A DNA stretch of 64,000 nt from an uncultured Methanosarcinaceae archaeon (GTDB lineage: Archaea; Halobacteriota; Methanosarcinia; Methanosarcinales; Methanosarcinaceae): contig CAVRJG010000064.1 of NCBI GenBank assembly GCA_963721455.1, positions 1 through 64,000 on the forward strand, given 5' to 3'. Shown in pieces: positions 50,459 through 62,352 of this stretch (position 1 is its first letter; every line of letters starts with the position of its first letter). The position numbers and the translations under genes are program-made. The notes under the pieces are model-generated. The model searched no databases and was not told the DNA's origin. It worked only from the letters and a program-made list of their open reading frames with translations.

Positions 50459-52029
50459 ATGAATATTATCGAAGTTTTCAGGACTAAAGACCGGATCAAG
50501 CTCTCAGGCTTTATTGCAGGTTTTGCTTTTATTTTTCTTCTTGCCGGAACGATACTCCCGGCTTCAGCCGCAGGGATAGGGGCAAGCAGGGAAATATCTG
50601 CCGGAACAGTTTGTACAGGCGAAAATTTCACAGTAATCATACATATAGAGGCGGACCAGGACGTTGAAGCCCTGACACTTGATGAAAATCTCCCTGATGA
50701 GTGGCATGTAAGCCAGATGGAAAATAACGGGGCTACATTCCAGGAAATCAGCACTTTCAAAAAGTCTACTCTGGAGTGGATCTGGGTTGAGAACCTTTCA
50801 GCAGGGGAAGAAAAGACCGTTCTGTATAATGTGATCGTCCCTTCAAATTCCGAGCCTGGAAACTTCACAATCTCTGGCACGATTTCCGCTTATTCCATCC
50901 CTGCAGCCCCGGTGGAGGGATTTTCAGAAGTGATAGTTTCCCCACCGCCTGAAGCCGACTTTTCCGCAAGCCCTCTCCTGGGTGCCGTACCCCTGACTGT
51001 CCAGTTCACAGACTTATCCTCCTGCAATCCGGATTTCTGGGAATGGGAACTTGATGGGAACGGGAGCATTGACTCAAACGAAAGGAATCCGGTTTACACA
51101 TACGCAAACCCTGGCACCTACAATGTTACCTTCAGGGTGACTAACAGTACTTATGGAAATGACACCAGGACAAAAACAGGATATATAACCGCATTAGAGA
51201 AACCCTCCGGTTCGGAAGAAGGTGAAGGAATAAGCGGGGGAGGAAGCGGAGGAGGAAGCGGAGAATAAGCGGAGGAGGAAGCGGAGAAGGAAGCGGAGGA
51301 GGAAGCGGAGAAGGAAGCGGAGGAGGAAGTGGAGGTGGGGGAGGCGCCGGCTCTCCGGAATCAAGCAGGAATATAGAGCTCAAGGAAATTTCAAATAAGC
51401 AGGTCTTCAAAGGAACTCACACATGCTTTACCTTTAAAGGCGGGGCGAATGAGATCGTCACTGTGGAGTTCGATCCGAAAAAGAGCTTCGGAAAAACAAC
51501 CGCTATTGTGGAGATGCTAAAAAACACATCTTCCATAGTTAAGGAACCTGCCCCCGGAACGGTCTACAAGAACGTAAATATCTGGGTTGGGAATAGCGGC
51601 TTTTCAAGCCCCGAAAACCTTGAAAATGCCAGGGTAAGTTTCAGGGTGAGCAGGTCCTGGGTTATCGAACAGGGGATCAGCGAAAATACAGTAACCCTGT
51701 ACAGGTACGGTCAGGACGCATGGAATCCGCTGTCTACAGCCCTCAGCGGAGAAGACGAAGCTTACTTTTACTTTACTGCAGAAACCCCGGGCTTTTCTCC
51801 CTTTGCAATCTCAAGCACGGAAAAAAGTATTCAGTCTATCGAAATTTCTCCAGCCAAAAAAGGAGAAAATCAGACGCTGAACGAGGACAAACCGTCTGAC
51901 GAGGAAAAACAGGGAATTCCTGCTTCAGATGTCGAAAAAGAAGAAAAGAAAAGCTCTCCTGGCCCTGGAGTAGCTTTTGAAGCGGTTGAATTACTGGTTT
52001 TGTACGGGATATTAAGGAGAAAGAAATAA
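50459..52029 (+). pseudogene. Cell-surface protein (PKD + PGF-pre-PGF domains) split by a frameshift in a Gly/Ser linker
   Basis: PKD motif ADFSASP...PLTVQFTDLS, then after the linker SPESSRNIELKE...AETPGFSPFAI and a C-terminal anchor. The frame breaks at ~51262-51268. Confidence 0.85.
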
Positions 52030-52179
52030 CCCGAAAAGAGAAGAGGATAACTGGACCGGAAAGTTGGCTAACGGGACTTTTTAGTAAAAGCCGTCTTTTC
52101 CTGAGTTCCATTTTTTTTCTCTCAGCCCGGACTATTTGGAGCAGAGGCTCAGGTTCCTTTAATTTGCTTTTTTCTCCTT

Positions 52180-53121
52180 TCAAATATATCCGCACTGCTC
52201 AAGCCAGGTAAGAGACTTTATCCATTCCCCTTTTGGCTCCCTTGAGGTACCCACGACAAGCCTCTTCATCTCTCCCACCTCTTCAACAATGCCGCAGGCT
52301 TCTATTATCTCTCCGGGAAGAGCCTGGCCTGCATAGGTATGGGTGTATGAGAGCACATGGTCGATTTCATCATGTTCGATTTTATAATAAGCAGGGCTGT
52401 CAAAAGCAAAGTCAGCATTTTTGACCTCGGCTTCAATTTTCATTTTTACTGTATCCTTTCCGCGCAGAAGAGGTTCTTTAATCTGGTCCCATTCCCTTAC
52501 AAAAAGAAGGTCAAAATAAGTGCCCTCGACCATGCCCCGGTTGCCTTTTCTGGATTCGTGCAGTATGAATTCATCAAATGAAATGTCGGGAATTCTCTTC
52601 CTGTAGATTCTCTGCCACATCTCATCATCGATTTCTTCAATGGGCCCTTCCTGCTGTTTTGCAATAGTTATGGCATCCCTTGCCCTGAACCATACAGGAC
52701 CGTAAACGACAAAATCAATATCCGAACTTTCATTCTGCAGGCCTGCGAGCATAGAACCCGTAACTCCCATACTTGTCCTGGGAATTCCGGCCATATCAAG
52801 CACTTTTACGATTTCCCTTACGCGACTATTGGAATTTACAAGTTCGGGAATCAAATCCGAGGGGCGAAGTACCTGTTTGACCTCGGATTCCGGGACCACA
52901 TGGACATCCTGTACCCATTCAGGCCTGTATTTCCTCATAAATTCGAAAGCCGGACCGAAATCGTATTTTTTATATCTTTTCCCGTTTAACTCCCTTTCTC
53001 CGTTTTCATCCGGAACGTAACGGAGTATGGCCCGGATTCCATCGTTACGGAAATAGTCGGAAACCGCAAAAAGCCAGTCGTCTTTCGTGACGATAAAATC
53101 CCTCAGGCGTGTTTTGAGCAT
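52180..53121 (-). CDS. Archaeal nucleotidyltransferase-domain protein
   Basis: GVTGSMLAGL...SDIDFVVYG Pol-beta-type motif. Confidence 0.85.
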   Translation of the reverse strand: MLKTRLRDFIVTKDDWLFAVSDYFRNDGIRAILRYVPDENGERELNGKRYKKYDFGPAFEFMRKYRPEWVQDVHVVPESEVKQVLRPSDLIPELVNSNSRVREIVKVLDMAGIPRTSMGVTGSMLAGLQNESSDIDFVVYGPVWFRARDAITIAKQQEGPIEEIDDEMWQRIYRKRIPDISFDEFILHESRKGNRGMVEGTYFDLLFVREWDQIKEPLLRGKDTVKMKIEAEVKNADFAFDSPAYYKIEHDEIDHVLSYTHTYAGQALPGEIIEACGIVEEVGEMKRLVVGTSREPKGEWIKSLTWLEQCGYI

Positions 53122-53339
53122 TTTATACCATCCCTGGAACTTATAAGAGTACTTAAGAGTACTCGGATTTTAAGGAACCTTAACTGCCGGGCTTTATAAT
53201 AATTTGTAATAAATGGCAGGAAATGTATTGTAGCATTCATGTATATAATTGTCAGGTATTTTGATTTTTGAGCAAATGACTAACAAAATAGAATAATATA
53301 TACCCGGAGTAACAGATACCGAAGGAATATATACTGAAG

Positions 53340-53526
53340 GATTAAAATAAACTATACTAAATAAACTGTACTAAATAAAACATATTAAAATAAACTGTAC
53401 TAAATAAAACATATTAAAATAAACTGTACTAAATAAAACATATTGAAATAAAATACACCAAATAAATCATATTAAAATAAACCATATTAAAAATAAACCA
53501 TATTAAAATAAACCATATTAAAATAA
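53340..53526. repeat. AT-rich 15-16-bp degenerate tandem repeats
   Basis: Alternating AAATAAACTGTACT / AAATAAAACATATTA units upstream of the amidohydrolase. Confidence 0.85.
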
Positions 53527-53587
53527 TCAACATTTAATATTAAAGGCACGTAAACGGAATAACTGCAGGCGCAGAAAATCCGAGGTA

Positions 53588-54826
53588 ATGCTTTTGAGAG
53601 ACAACCCGAGTGCAGAAGCGCTTGAAGCCTGGATTATACGGCTGAGGCGTGAATTTCACAGATACCCTGAACTCAGTTTTGAAGAATCTGAGACCCAGAA
53701 GAGGATCCTGAAAATTCTTGGAGAACTGGGAATAGAAGCCAGAAAAATTGCAGATACCGGCGTACTTGCAAGCATCCGGGGAACATTACCTGGCCCCTGC
53801 ATTGCCCTTCGCTCGGACACTGACGGGCTGCAGGTACAGGAAGAATTAACAGGTAGGAATAGCGACTATATTTCCAGAAACAAGGGAGTAATGCACGCCT
53901 GCGGACACGACGGGCACATGGCAATACTTTTTGGGGCTGCCAGGCTTTTTCAGGAAAACAGGGACTTTCCAGGAGAAATCCGCCTGATTTTCCAGCCTGC
54001 AGAAGAGATCCCTCCGGGCGGCTCGGAAAGGGTGATTTCCGAAGGAGGTCTTGAGGGTGTGGATGCGGTCATGGGCATGCATATCTTTACCAATCACGAG
54101 TCCGGAAGCGTGGGCCTTCGTCCCGGACCTTTCATGGCAAGCACCAACAGGTTCGAAGTCACTCTTAAAGGAAAAGGAGGCCATATCTCAAAGCCTGAAA
54201 GCTGCATTGACCCTGTCCTGATGGCAACAGACTTTATAAGTAGCCTCTATCCTGCCCTGGAAAAGCAGCTTGAGCCGGATAAGTATGTCCTTGGAGTGGG
54301 AAGAATCCAGGGAGGAGCTCAGTTTAACAGGACTCCTGACAGTGTAGGAATTCTCGGAAGCTACCGGACTTTTGACAGGGAGACCACGGATATAATTGAC
54401 AGGACGATAAAGGAGTGCCTGGATACCGTAGTAGAAAAATATATTAAACCTGGAGAAGAATTTTCAGGCTTTCCTGACTACAACCTTGATATCCTGCACG
54501 GTTATCCTGTACTTGTAAATGACCCTGTTTTCACAGATGCTGTGCATTCAAAGCTGCAGGAGAGTTTCCCGGAACTCACAGTCTACCCTGAAATTGAAAA
54601 AACCTTTGCTGCCGAAGATTTTGCAAGTTATCTGAAAAAAGTTCCAGGGATCTTTATTTCACTCGGTACCCGGAACCCGGAAAAAAAGATAGTGGAAATC
54701 AATCACTCATGCACGTTTGATATTGATGAAAAAATCTTGATTACGGGCACGGAGATATTCTATACAATTTCCCTTGACTTTCTGAAAAATCCAGAGAAAT
54801 ACCTCGATTCGCAGAAATATTTTTAA
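53588..54826 (+). CDS. M20D family amidohydrolase
   Basis: RREFHRYPELSFEE, MHACGHDGH, FQPAEE, GKGGH, AEDFA. Confidence 0.93.
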   Translation: MLLRDNPSAEALEAWIIRLRREFHRYPELSFEESETQKRILKILGELGIEARKIADTGVLASIRGTLPGPCIALRSDTDGLQVQEELTGRNSDYISRNKGVMHACGHDGHMAILFGAARLFQENRDFPGEIRLIFQPAEEIPPGGSERVISEGGLEGVDAVMGMHIFTNHESGSVGLRPGPFMASTNRFEVTLKGKGGHISKPESCIDPVLMATDFISSLYPALEKQLEPDKYVLGVGRIQGGAQFNRTPDSVGILGSYRTFDRETTDIIDRTIKECLDTVVEKYIKPGEEFSGFPDYNLDILHGYPVLVNDPVFTDAVHSKLQESFPELTVYPEIEKTFAAEDFASYLKKVPGIFISLGTRNPEKKIVEINHSCTFDIDEKILITGTEIFYTISLDFLKNPEKYLDSQKYF

Positions 54827-54909
54827 CCCTTAAATATCAAGAAAAAGCCTGAAAACAAGCAGGTGAAAAAGCACAGGAACTGCCCGGTCCGGTTTACGGA
54901 GAGAAATAA

Positions 54910-55347
54910 ATGATAATCCAGAGATACGATGATTCCAGAAAGGAAGGAGTCCGTGATGTTGTCCTTGAAGTGCTGCTGGAACACGGCTTTGAACACGACC
55001 GGCTCAAAGATGCCGACCTCAAGGACATAAACGGTTATTACTTTGGAAGCGGAGGCGCTTTTTTCGTAGGAATTGTCGAGGGTAAGGTCGTAGGCACCGC
55101 AGGCGTCCGAAAACTTGATGGGAACCTGTGCGAAATCAGGCGTATCTACCTTAAAAAAGATTTCCGGAGCAAAGGCAACGGAAAACAGCTTTTCAGGACT
55201 GCCCTGGATTTTGCTGAAAAAAACTGTTCAGGCGTCGTGCTTAAAACCGATTCGACCCTTACGAAAGCGATAGATATGTACCTCAAGCACGGCTTTACGT
55301 TCCAAAAAGAAGAAACCGGATACCTGTATTTCGAGAAAAAGTTTTAA
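54910..55347 (+). CDS. GNAT acetyltransferase
   Basis: VVGTAGV, EIRRIYL...RSKGNGKQL, AIDMYLKHGF. Confidence 0.9.
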   Translation: MIIQRYDDSRKEGVRDVVLEVLLEHGFEHDRLKDADLKDINGYYFGSGGAFFVGIVEGKVVGTAGVRKLDGNLCEIRRIYLKKDFRSKGNGKQLFRTALDFAEKNCSGVVLKTDSTLTKAIDMYLKHGFTFQKEETGYLYFEKKF

Positions 55348-55364
55348 CGCCCGAGTTTCGCTTC

Positions 55365-55550
55365 CCGAATTGCGCCTCGGGATCGCAGGAAATCGGAGAT
55401 TTTCTGGGAGTTGCGATGGAATCGCAACAGCATGATGTTCGTTTCAGTCGAGTTGCGGCTCGACGATGCGCGGTCCGTTTCACTCGCTGCGCTCGCTCAA
55501 GCAGACTAAATGGATGTAACAATTGTTTTTCGCTTCGCTCAAGCGGACTG
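55365..55550. repeat. Dispersed repeat/MITE-like element (family B)
   Basis: CCGAATTGCGCCTCGGGA...CGCGGTCCGTTTCACTCGCTGCGCTCGCTCAAGC recurs at 60035-60124. Confidence 0.7.
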
Positions 55551-55834
55551 ATTTATAATAAAGAAACTGAGATTCGTTCAAGAGGGTTTATTTACCCGAG
55601 TGCCTCTTTTTTTCCGTGTTCACCCATTCTGGATAGAGTTTTCCGCGCCCACCGGTGGTTGTAATGTATAGCGTGGGTTAGTAACGCTGAAAACCGAAAA
55701 ACGCAGAATAAAGAAAAGACGGGCACAGAGATTTCCGTCTTTCCCGTGGTTATTGTTTCTTGAGTGAGTTCTTCTACTGTCGTTTTTTTAAAGTATGCAT
55801 TGGGGTTTCACGTGTCCTTTTGTCTTTTCAGGCT

Positions 55835-58108
55835 TTATCTCTTTATCCTCCTCAGTATAGCAAGCACGATCAAGAGGGTTCCTGCAAAGCCTAAGAGGAA
55901 GGAGGGGACTTTTGGAGGATTTCTTACGACTTCTACTATTGCTTTTGCCTGAATGTAGGGCTTGATATCTTCGAATATGAATGCTTTTGGAGTTTCGAGA
56001 ATGGAGTTAATTCCCATAAACGAAGATACTTTGTTTTTCATTGAAGAGATATTACCGAAGGTATGGTTTCCTGAGCTGGATTTCAAGCCCAACCCGTATG
56101 AGCTTTCGGCGGAGATTCTCAGCTCTTTCTGGGCTATACCTGCAAGCCCGTCGTCATTTTCATAGGCACCTGCAAGGAGGAGGTAGTCCCCTGGAGGAAG
56201 TTCAAGGCTTGTCAGAGAAAGGGTACTCTGGTTTTCCTCGCCTATGCTTACCGTGCCGTTTCCTTCTCCTACCAGAGTCTGGATTTCGCTCTTAAGCTCG
56301 TCTTTTCCGGCTCTGGACTCATATTTTGTCAAATTAGTTTCTAAATTCTTGATGATGTCGACCCCGTTCACGAGAGGCCTGGTCCCGGCTGTCATCCAGC
56401 TTGGGCCTGTACCTCTGTATACTGTATAGGCATCTTCCCTTATCAGAACAGCCCAGTACGTGTAACTTTTCTGAGCAGGCGCATTCTTCAGGTTCAGGTT
56501 GACTTCAAAATTTTCGCCTTCTTCGAGGGCATACGGAGCATCTGCTCCCATTTCGTATTCGAGAACTTCAAAATAGTTTGCTAAAAGAATCTCTTTTTCC
56601 GGTCCGGAAGTTTCCGTTTCGTTTCCTGCAAGGGTTATAAGGATCCAGTAACTGCCAGCAGGAAGAGGGCCAAGCGTAAGGGGAGATAGGTCTCCGCCAT
56701 CATTCAGAGCCGCAGGTATCTCGATGTAAGATTCTGTATTGTTATTGAATATATCTTCGAGGCTAATCGTGCCCTCATTCATACCATTTGAAACGGCTTC
56801 TTCAGGAATATTCAGGCTGCGTTCCTTGACAAGATATACGTCTACATTCTGCTGTCCGAAAGCTTCAGGCCCTTTATAGCTTATCTTCACGCTTTCGTTT
56901 ACGGTATAAAATGAACGAAGGGAATAGGGATATGATATTATGAATTTCAGATTGTTCCAGCTACTTTCCTCTTGTTTTATCTCAGGCATTACCTCCTCGT
57001 TTCCTGCGCTGTATGTCCAGTTGCATACTTTTATTTCAGGTTTCACTCCCTTACTTTCCAGACTTTTTGTACCGTTGCATGTTTTGGTTTTTGGTTCAGT
57101 CTCCACTCCCATACTTTTCAGGCTTTTTGTTCCGTTGCATACTTCGGTTTTTGATTCAGTTTTCGTTCCGACACTTTTTTGAATGTCTGTTCCATCTCCT
57201 GTCTTTACTCTTAATTTCAGGTTTGCTCCGTCGTTTTCTGGACTGTCTTCGTCACTCGCCTCTTGTTTTTGTTCAGGTATCTCTACAACATATCCCCGGC
57301 TGTCAGTCTCATCGTATGTCCCTGTTTCCCGATCATCTTCGATACTTTCCTGGTTATCTGTATCGTTATTTATCCTTGTCTTTTCTTCAACTTCCCCTTC
57401 TATATTTTCTGAGCTTTCTTCCTCTCCTGTCTTTTGTTCCGGATTTGCGTCTTCACTTCCTGAACTTTCTATCCTCTTTTCCGTTCCTGTGCCTGGTTCA
57501 AGTTTATTCCCAAAATTTTCATGACTTTCTGTGCTGTTGTTTTCTCCTGCTTTTTGATCTGGGTTTTCTTTTTCACTTTCTTCATTCTCGGTTTCGTTAC
57601 CTAACCCTATTTTTAATTCCGGGTTTCCGTCTCCACTTTCTTTGTTGTGGGTCTCGTTACTTACTCCTGTATTTGATTCCTGTCCCGTTCCTACATTTTC
57701 CCGACTATCTGTGCTGTTGCTTGCTCCTGTCCCTGAGTCAAGTTCCTCTTCTGCAGTTTCTGGACTGCCTGTGCCATTACTTGCTTCTATTTTTGGCTCC
57801 GGGCTTTCTCCTTCACTTCCGGTCTCGTTACTCACTCCTATATCTGGCTCCGGGCTTTCTCCTTCACTTCCGGTCTCGTTACTCACTCCTATATCTGGCT
57901 CCAGTTCCTCTCCTGCACTTCCCATACTGTTTGTACTGTTGCCGTCGTCTATTTTTGACTCCGGGCTCATTCCGTCACTTGCCTGGCTTTCTGTACTGTT
58001 TCCTGCTCCTGATACTGAAATTAGTAAAAAAATAAGGATCAAAACAGTCCAGATTAATCTCCATTTTCTACCGTATATTCCGTTATATGTTCCTGTTTTT
58101 TTTTTCAA
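55835..58108 (-). CDS. Methanosarcina extracellular protein (TIGR04279-like domain) with acidic repeat stalk and C-terminal TM
   Basis: Signal peptide, 18-aa repeats (PDIGVSNETGSEGESPE), globular domain SYPYSLRSFYT...GLAGIAQKE, C-terminal TM plus basic tail. Confidence 0.8.
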   Translation of the reverse strand: MKKKTGTYNGIYGRKWRLIWTVLILIFLLISVSGAGNSTESQASDGMSPESKIDDGNSTNSMGSAGEELEPDIGVSNETGSEGESPEPDIGVSNETGSEGESPEPKIEASNGTGSPETAEEELDSGTGASNSTDSRENVGTGQESNTGVSNETHNKESGDGNPELKIGLGNETENEESEKENPDQKAGENNSTESHENFGNKLEPGTGTEKRIESSGSEDANPEQKTGEEESSENIEGEVEEKTRINNDTDNQESIEDDRETGTYDETDSRGYVVEIPEQKQEASDEDSPENDGANLKLRVKTGDGTDIQKSVGTKTESKTEVCNGTKSLKSMGVETEPKTKTCNGTKSLESKGVKPEIKVCNWTYSAGNEEVMPEIKQEESSWNNLKFIISYPYSLRSFYTVNESVKISYKGPEAFGQQNVDVYLVKERSLNIPEEAVSNGMNEGTISLEDIFNNNTESYIEIPAALNDGGDLSPLTLGPLPAGSYWILITLAGNETETSGPEKEILLANYFEVLEYEMGADAPYALEEGENFEVNLNLKNAPAQKSYTYWAVLIREDAYTVYRGTGPSWMTAGTRPLVNGVDIIKNLETNLTKYESRAGKDELKSEIQTLVGEGNGTVSIGEENQSTLSLTSLELPPGDYLLLAGAYENDDGLAGIAQKELRISAESSYGLGLKSSSGNHTFGNISSMKNKVSSFMGINSILETPKAFIFEDIKPYIQAKAIVEVVRNPPKVPSFLLGFAGTLLIVLAILRRIKR

Positions 58109-58499
58109 CTACTACACTCCTTAATTATTCTCTTTCCTGCTTAATCTTGGGTTTTCTGTTCCTGCTCAGGGTTTCTTGTTTAGAGTCTGGTTTGTTTAGA
58201 ATTTGACTTTTTGAGGTTTTTAAACATCAGTTCCTGTTTTAATTTAGCATTATTCGGCATTCATACATTTATTAAAATAGATATTTCTTATTAAAGAGAT
58301 TTTCAGGGATTGTCTGGAACTTCTATGAATTTTATAGATTCTTTTGTCCTGTAAACGCTTGGTCATTTTTCAACGGTTTTTCTCCTTAAATAAAGCAGCA
58401 GTAATTCAGGTTAAGATCCCTTCCATCTACATATCCTGGCTTTCCATTACTGAAAAATCTTCTTTTTTCGTTCCGTTTTCCTCGGAAGAGTTTCCTTTC

Positions 58500-58960
58500 G
58501 GATCCTCAAAGTTACCTCCAGATATGTATTCAGTGTCTTATTTGTAACTGAAATTCCCTTCTAAATCCATCTTCATCTGCTGGAGCCCTGTGATCTTGAG
58601 TTTGACGTCAGGAACTCTTGCTTTTCCGTCGATCCTTATCCAATACTTTCCTTAGGGATATCTGACTGGAAAGTGGGGGCAGCTCGTCCACCTGTTTCCT
58701 ATCATATCCGCAACTACGGGATTTTTAGGGATAAATTTCCAGCTGTGAATGGCAGCAGCTCCGGGGGAGGTGACCAAACACAGAAAAATTGGAAGCCAGA
58801 ACCGAAGTTTCAGATTTTTCCTATTTCTCAAGCTCTGGACAAAAGTAAAAACGGATTTTGCGAAAGCAATTCCTTCAAAAAGCAAGGTCCTGAATCTCAA
58901 TTTTAGTATTTTTTCGGCAATTTTTGTCTTCACTGCAATGACCGCATAATTTCTGGATAA
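58500..58960 (-). pseudogene. Degraded surface-protein gene remnant
   Basis: Signal-like FWLPIFLCLVTSPGAAAIHSWKFIPKNPVV followed by broken frames. Confidence 0.4.
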
Positions 58961-59657
58961 CATGCAGATAAATCATCATGGCTTATGTGCTTTGCTTTTT
59001 AATATCCTGGGCTGTATGCGGCAAACCACATTATAACATGCTGGCTTCCGTATTCGGACGTAAGAAGGAATGATTGTAGCTTCCCCTTCTTTCAATCTGT
59101 TCCAATTATTTTGGAATCGAAGCACTAATAATAAATTCAGATATTATTTATTTCATTTTGATAGTTTTCTTAAAATAGTCCGATTTAATTTCCTATCGGG
59201 ACACAATTTTGCCTTATTTATATTGAGCCGATCCCAAAACTTAAAATTACTTCTCTGAATCTCCTATTTTGAGTGCCCAATAGAGTTTCGGATCATGAAA
59301 ACAATTCTGAAAAATTCTAATGATTAAGAATAAAATGGGTTTTGTGATATCATTATTAATCTGAAAACAAGTAAGTTATTTATCTACATTCACTCTTTCA
59401 GTATCATTTGTTAGAAACTATTGTTCTTAAAACTATTTACCTCGTGAAATCTACTATATATCACCCCATTAAATGATAAAAAGAAAAGTTTGAACAAAAA
59501 GGGGTAATTATTGATAAGAAAAAACATTCTTTACTCAATGTGTTATTCAGTTACAATATCGGGAATCCTTAATTCTTTGCCCTTAGATAAAAAAAGTGAT
59601 TGAAGTCTATCAAATGCCAGTGCAAAAAATGAGAATTAAAATGAGCGGTGGTATCTA

Positions 59658-59813
59658 ATGAACTACACAAAAAAAATTTGTCCGAATTGCGGGAGTGAAT
59701 TTGTCGTCCTGAAAAGTGTGGAGGAAAAAGCTGTCTACTGTACCCTTGAGTGTCTTTCAGAGTCTCAGGATAGACTGAATAAAAGTATAGTTTCTCCTTT
59801 AACGCCTGTATAG
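59658..59813 (+). CDS. Small zinc-finger protein (51 aa, CPxCG...CxxxC)
   Basis: MNYTKKICPNCGSEFVVLKSVEEKAVYCTLECLSESQDRLNKSIVSPLTPV*, RBS GCGGTGGT. Not in the ORF track. Confidence 0.75.
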   Translation: MNYTKKICPNCGSEFVVLKSVEEKAVYCTLECLSESQDRLNKSIVSPLTPV

Positions 59814-59976
59814 ATATAGTGAGTTGCCTGATCCTTTTTACCAATCATAAACTAAAGGTGAGCTATGGGAAACACGTAATAGAGAAAAAAACGGGAACAA
59901 CTCTTTCGCCGTCGGTAGTTAAGAGTCTATTCTGGGTTTTCCATGCTTCACCTGGTATAAAATGTGGAATGATTAG

Positions 59977-60171
59977 AACTACTGAAAGTACGAAAAACAC
60001 GGAATAGAGAAAAAACGGGCACAAAGATTTCCGTCCGAATTGCGCCTCGCCCGAATTGCGCCACCCGAATTGCGCCTCGGGAGTACGCGGTCCGTTTCAC
60101 TCGCTCTGCTCGCTCAAGCGGACAATTTACAAAACTACAGTTTTTCCGTGCTTTCCGTGTTTTCCGTGGTT
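59977..60171. repeat. Family A palindromic repeat with nested family B element
   Basis: Family A arms flank 60035-60124, which carries three CCGAATTGCGCC units and the family B core. Confidence 0.7.
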
Positions 60172-60377
60172 ATTGTGCCCTGATTGAGTTCTTCTGTTAT
60201 CGTATGTATTTTAGAGTATGGGTTGAGATTTACTGTGCCTTTTTGTGTTTTCTGTGCTTATCAAGACTGGATAAACATTTTCCAGTCTGTCTTTTCGGGC
60301 TTTAGCCTTTATCCTCAGTATAGCAAGCCCGATAAAGATTGTTCCTTCAAAGCCTGCCCGACGGAGAATATTTATAA

Positions 60378-62352
60378 CTAATCTCTTACGACATCTGCTA
60401 ATGCTTTTCCCTGAATGCTCGAATTGGATTTCGAGACTGACTCATATGATTTTTCGGTTGAGGATATTGTCAGTTTTCTCTGGGCTATGCCTGCCAGGCC
60501 TTTATTTCTTTCATAGGCGCCTGCAAAGAGGACGTAGTTTCCTGGAGGGAGTCCGAGGCTTGTCAGGGAAAGGGTACTCTGGTTTTCCTCGCCTATGCTT
60601 ATTGTGCCGTTTCCTTCTCCTATGAGAGTCTGGATTTCATTTTTAAGTTCGGCTTTTCCGGGTATGGACTCGTATTTTGTCAAGTTGATGCCTAGGCTCC
60701 TGGTGATGTCAAATCCATCTACGAAGGCACTGGTTCCGGTTGTCGTTGCATTGGGGCTTATGTTTATGTTTGCTCTATAGGCATCTTCCCTTATCAGCAC
60801 AGCCCAGTATGTGTAGTTTTCCTGAGCAGGCGCATTCTTCAGGCTAAGGTTAACTTCAAAATTATCGCCTTCTTCGAGGGTATTCGGGGCATCTGCTTCC
60901 AATTCGTATTCCAGGACTTCAAAATAGTTTGCTGAAATAATCTTTTTTTCCGGTTCAGGCGTTTCCGTTTCGTTTCCTGCAAGCGTTATGAGAACCCAGT
61001 AACTGCCAGCAGGAAGAGGGCCAAGAGTCAGGGGAGACAGGTCTCCGTCTTCGTTCAAAGTCGCAGGTATCTGGATGTAAGATTCTGTATTGTTGTTGAA
61101 GACGTCTTCGAAGCTCATCGTGTTCTCATTCATGGCATCTGTAACGGCTTCTTCAGGAATATTCAGGTTGTGTTCCTTGACAAGGTATATATCCACTTTC
61201 TGCTGTCCGAAGGCTTCAGGACCTTTATAGTTTACCTTTATGCTCTTGTTTGTGGTATAGAATGAATGAAGGGAATAGGGATATGACAGTATGAGTTTCA
61301 GATTGTTCCAGCTACTTTCCTCTGGTTTTGTTTCAGGTTTTACCTCCTCTTTTGGGCTGTATGTCCAATTTAATGCTCCTGTTTTTATTTCAGGTCTCAA
61401 TCTCCCACTTTCCAGACTTTTTGTCAAGTTACATGCTTCGATTTTTGTTTCAGGGTTCACTCCCGCACTTTTCAGGCTTTTTGCCCCATTACATGCTTCT
61501 GTTTTTGATTCAGTTATCGCTTCGGCACTTCCTGAACCGTCTGTCCTATCTTCTGCTATTATTTTTAGTTTCAGGTTTTCTCCTTTATTTCCTTGACTGT
61601 TTGAACCGTCTTTTGCCTCCTGTTTTTGTTCTGGCTTCTCTCCAATGCTTTCCTGTTTGTCTGTCTCTGTGTATGCATTCTTTTCTCTTTCCGCTCCTGC
61701 TTTTGTTTCCAGATTATCTTCTATATTTTCCTGGTTGTCGATGTCGTTATTTGCTCCGGTTTTTTGTTCAGGTTTCTCTGTGCACTTTTCTCTTCACTTT
61801 TTTCTTCTATACTCTGCGAGCTTTTGTCCGCCTTATTTTTTGTTCCGGATTCGCCTCTTCATTTCCTGGGCTTTCTGTCCCTTTTTCATCTTCTATCCCT
61901 GGCTCAGGTTTATCCCCGAAACTTTCTGGATTTTCTGTGACTTTAATTTCTCCGGTTTTTTGTTCCCTATTTTTTCCTTCACTTTCTCTGCTGTCTGTCT
62001 CGCTATTTACTCCGATATTTGACTCCTGTCTATCTCCGGCACTTTCCGGGCTGTTTATACCGTTACTTGCTTCGATTTCTGGCTTGAGGTTTTTTTCTTT
62101 ACTTCCTTTGCTATCTATCCCGTTACTTGCTTCTATTTTTTCTTCCAGACCCACTTCGACACTTTCCAGGCCGCCTGTGCCGTTACCTGCTTCTACTTTC
62201 TGTTCCAGATCCAGTCCGGGATTTTCCTGGCTGTCTGTGCTGTTTCCTGCTGTTGATGCTGAAATGAGTGAAAAAATAAGGATCAAAGCAATCCAGGTTA
62301 ATCTCAATTTTCTACCGTACATTCCGTTATATATCCCTGTTCTTTTTTTCAA
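60378..62352 (-). pseudogene. Paralogue of 55835-58108 extracellular protein, frameshifted and lacking an intact anchor
   Basis: Same N-terminus (MKKRTGIYNGMYGRKLRL) and globular domain. Frame breaks at ~61780-61830, and a stop precedes a decayed TM segment. Confidence 0.8.
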
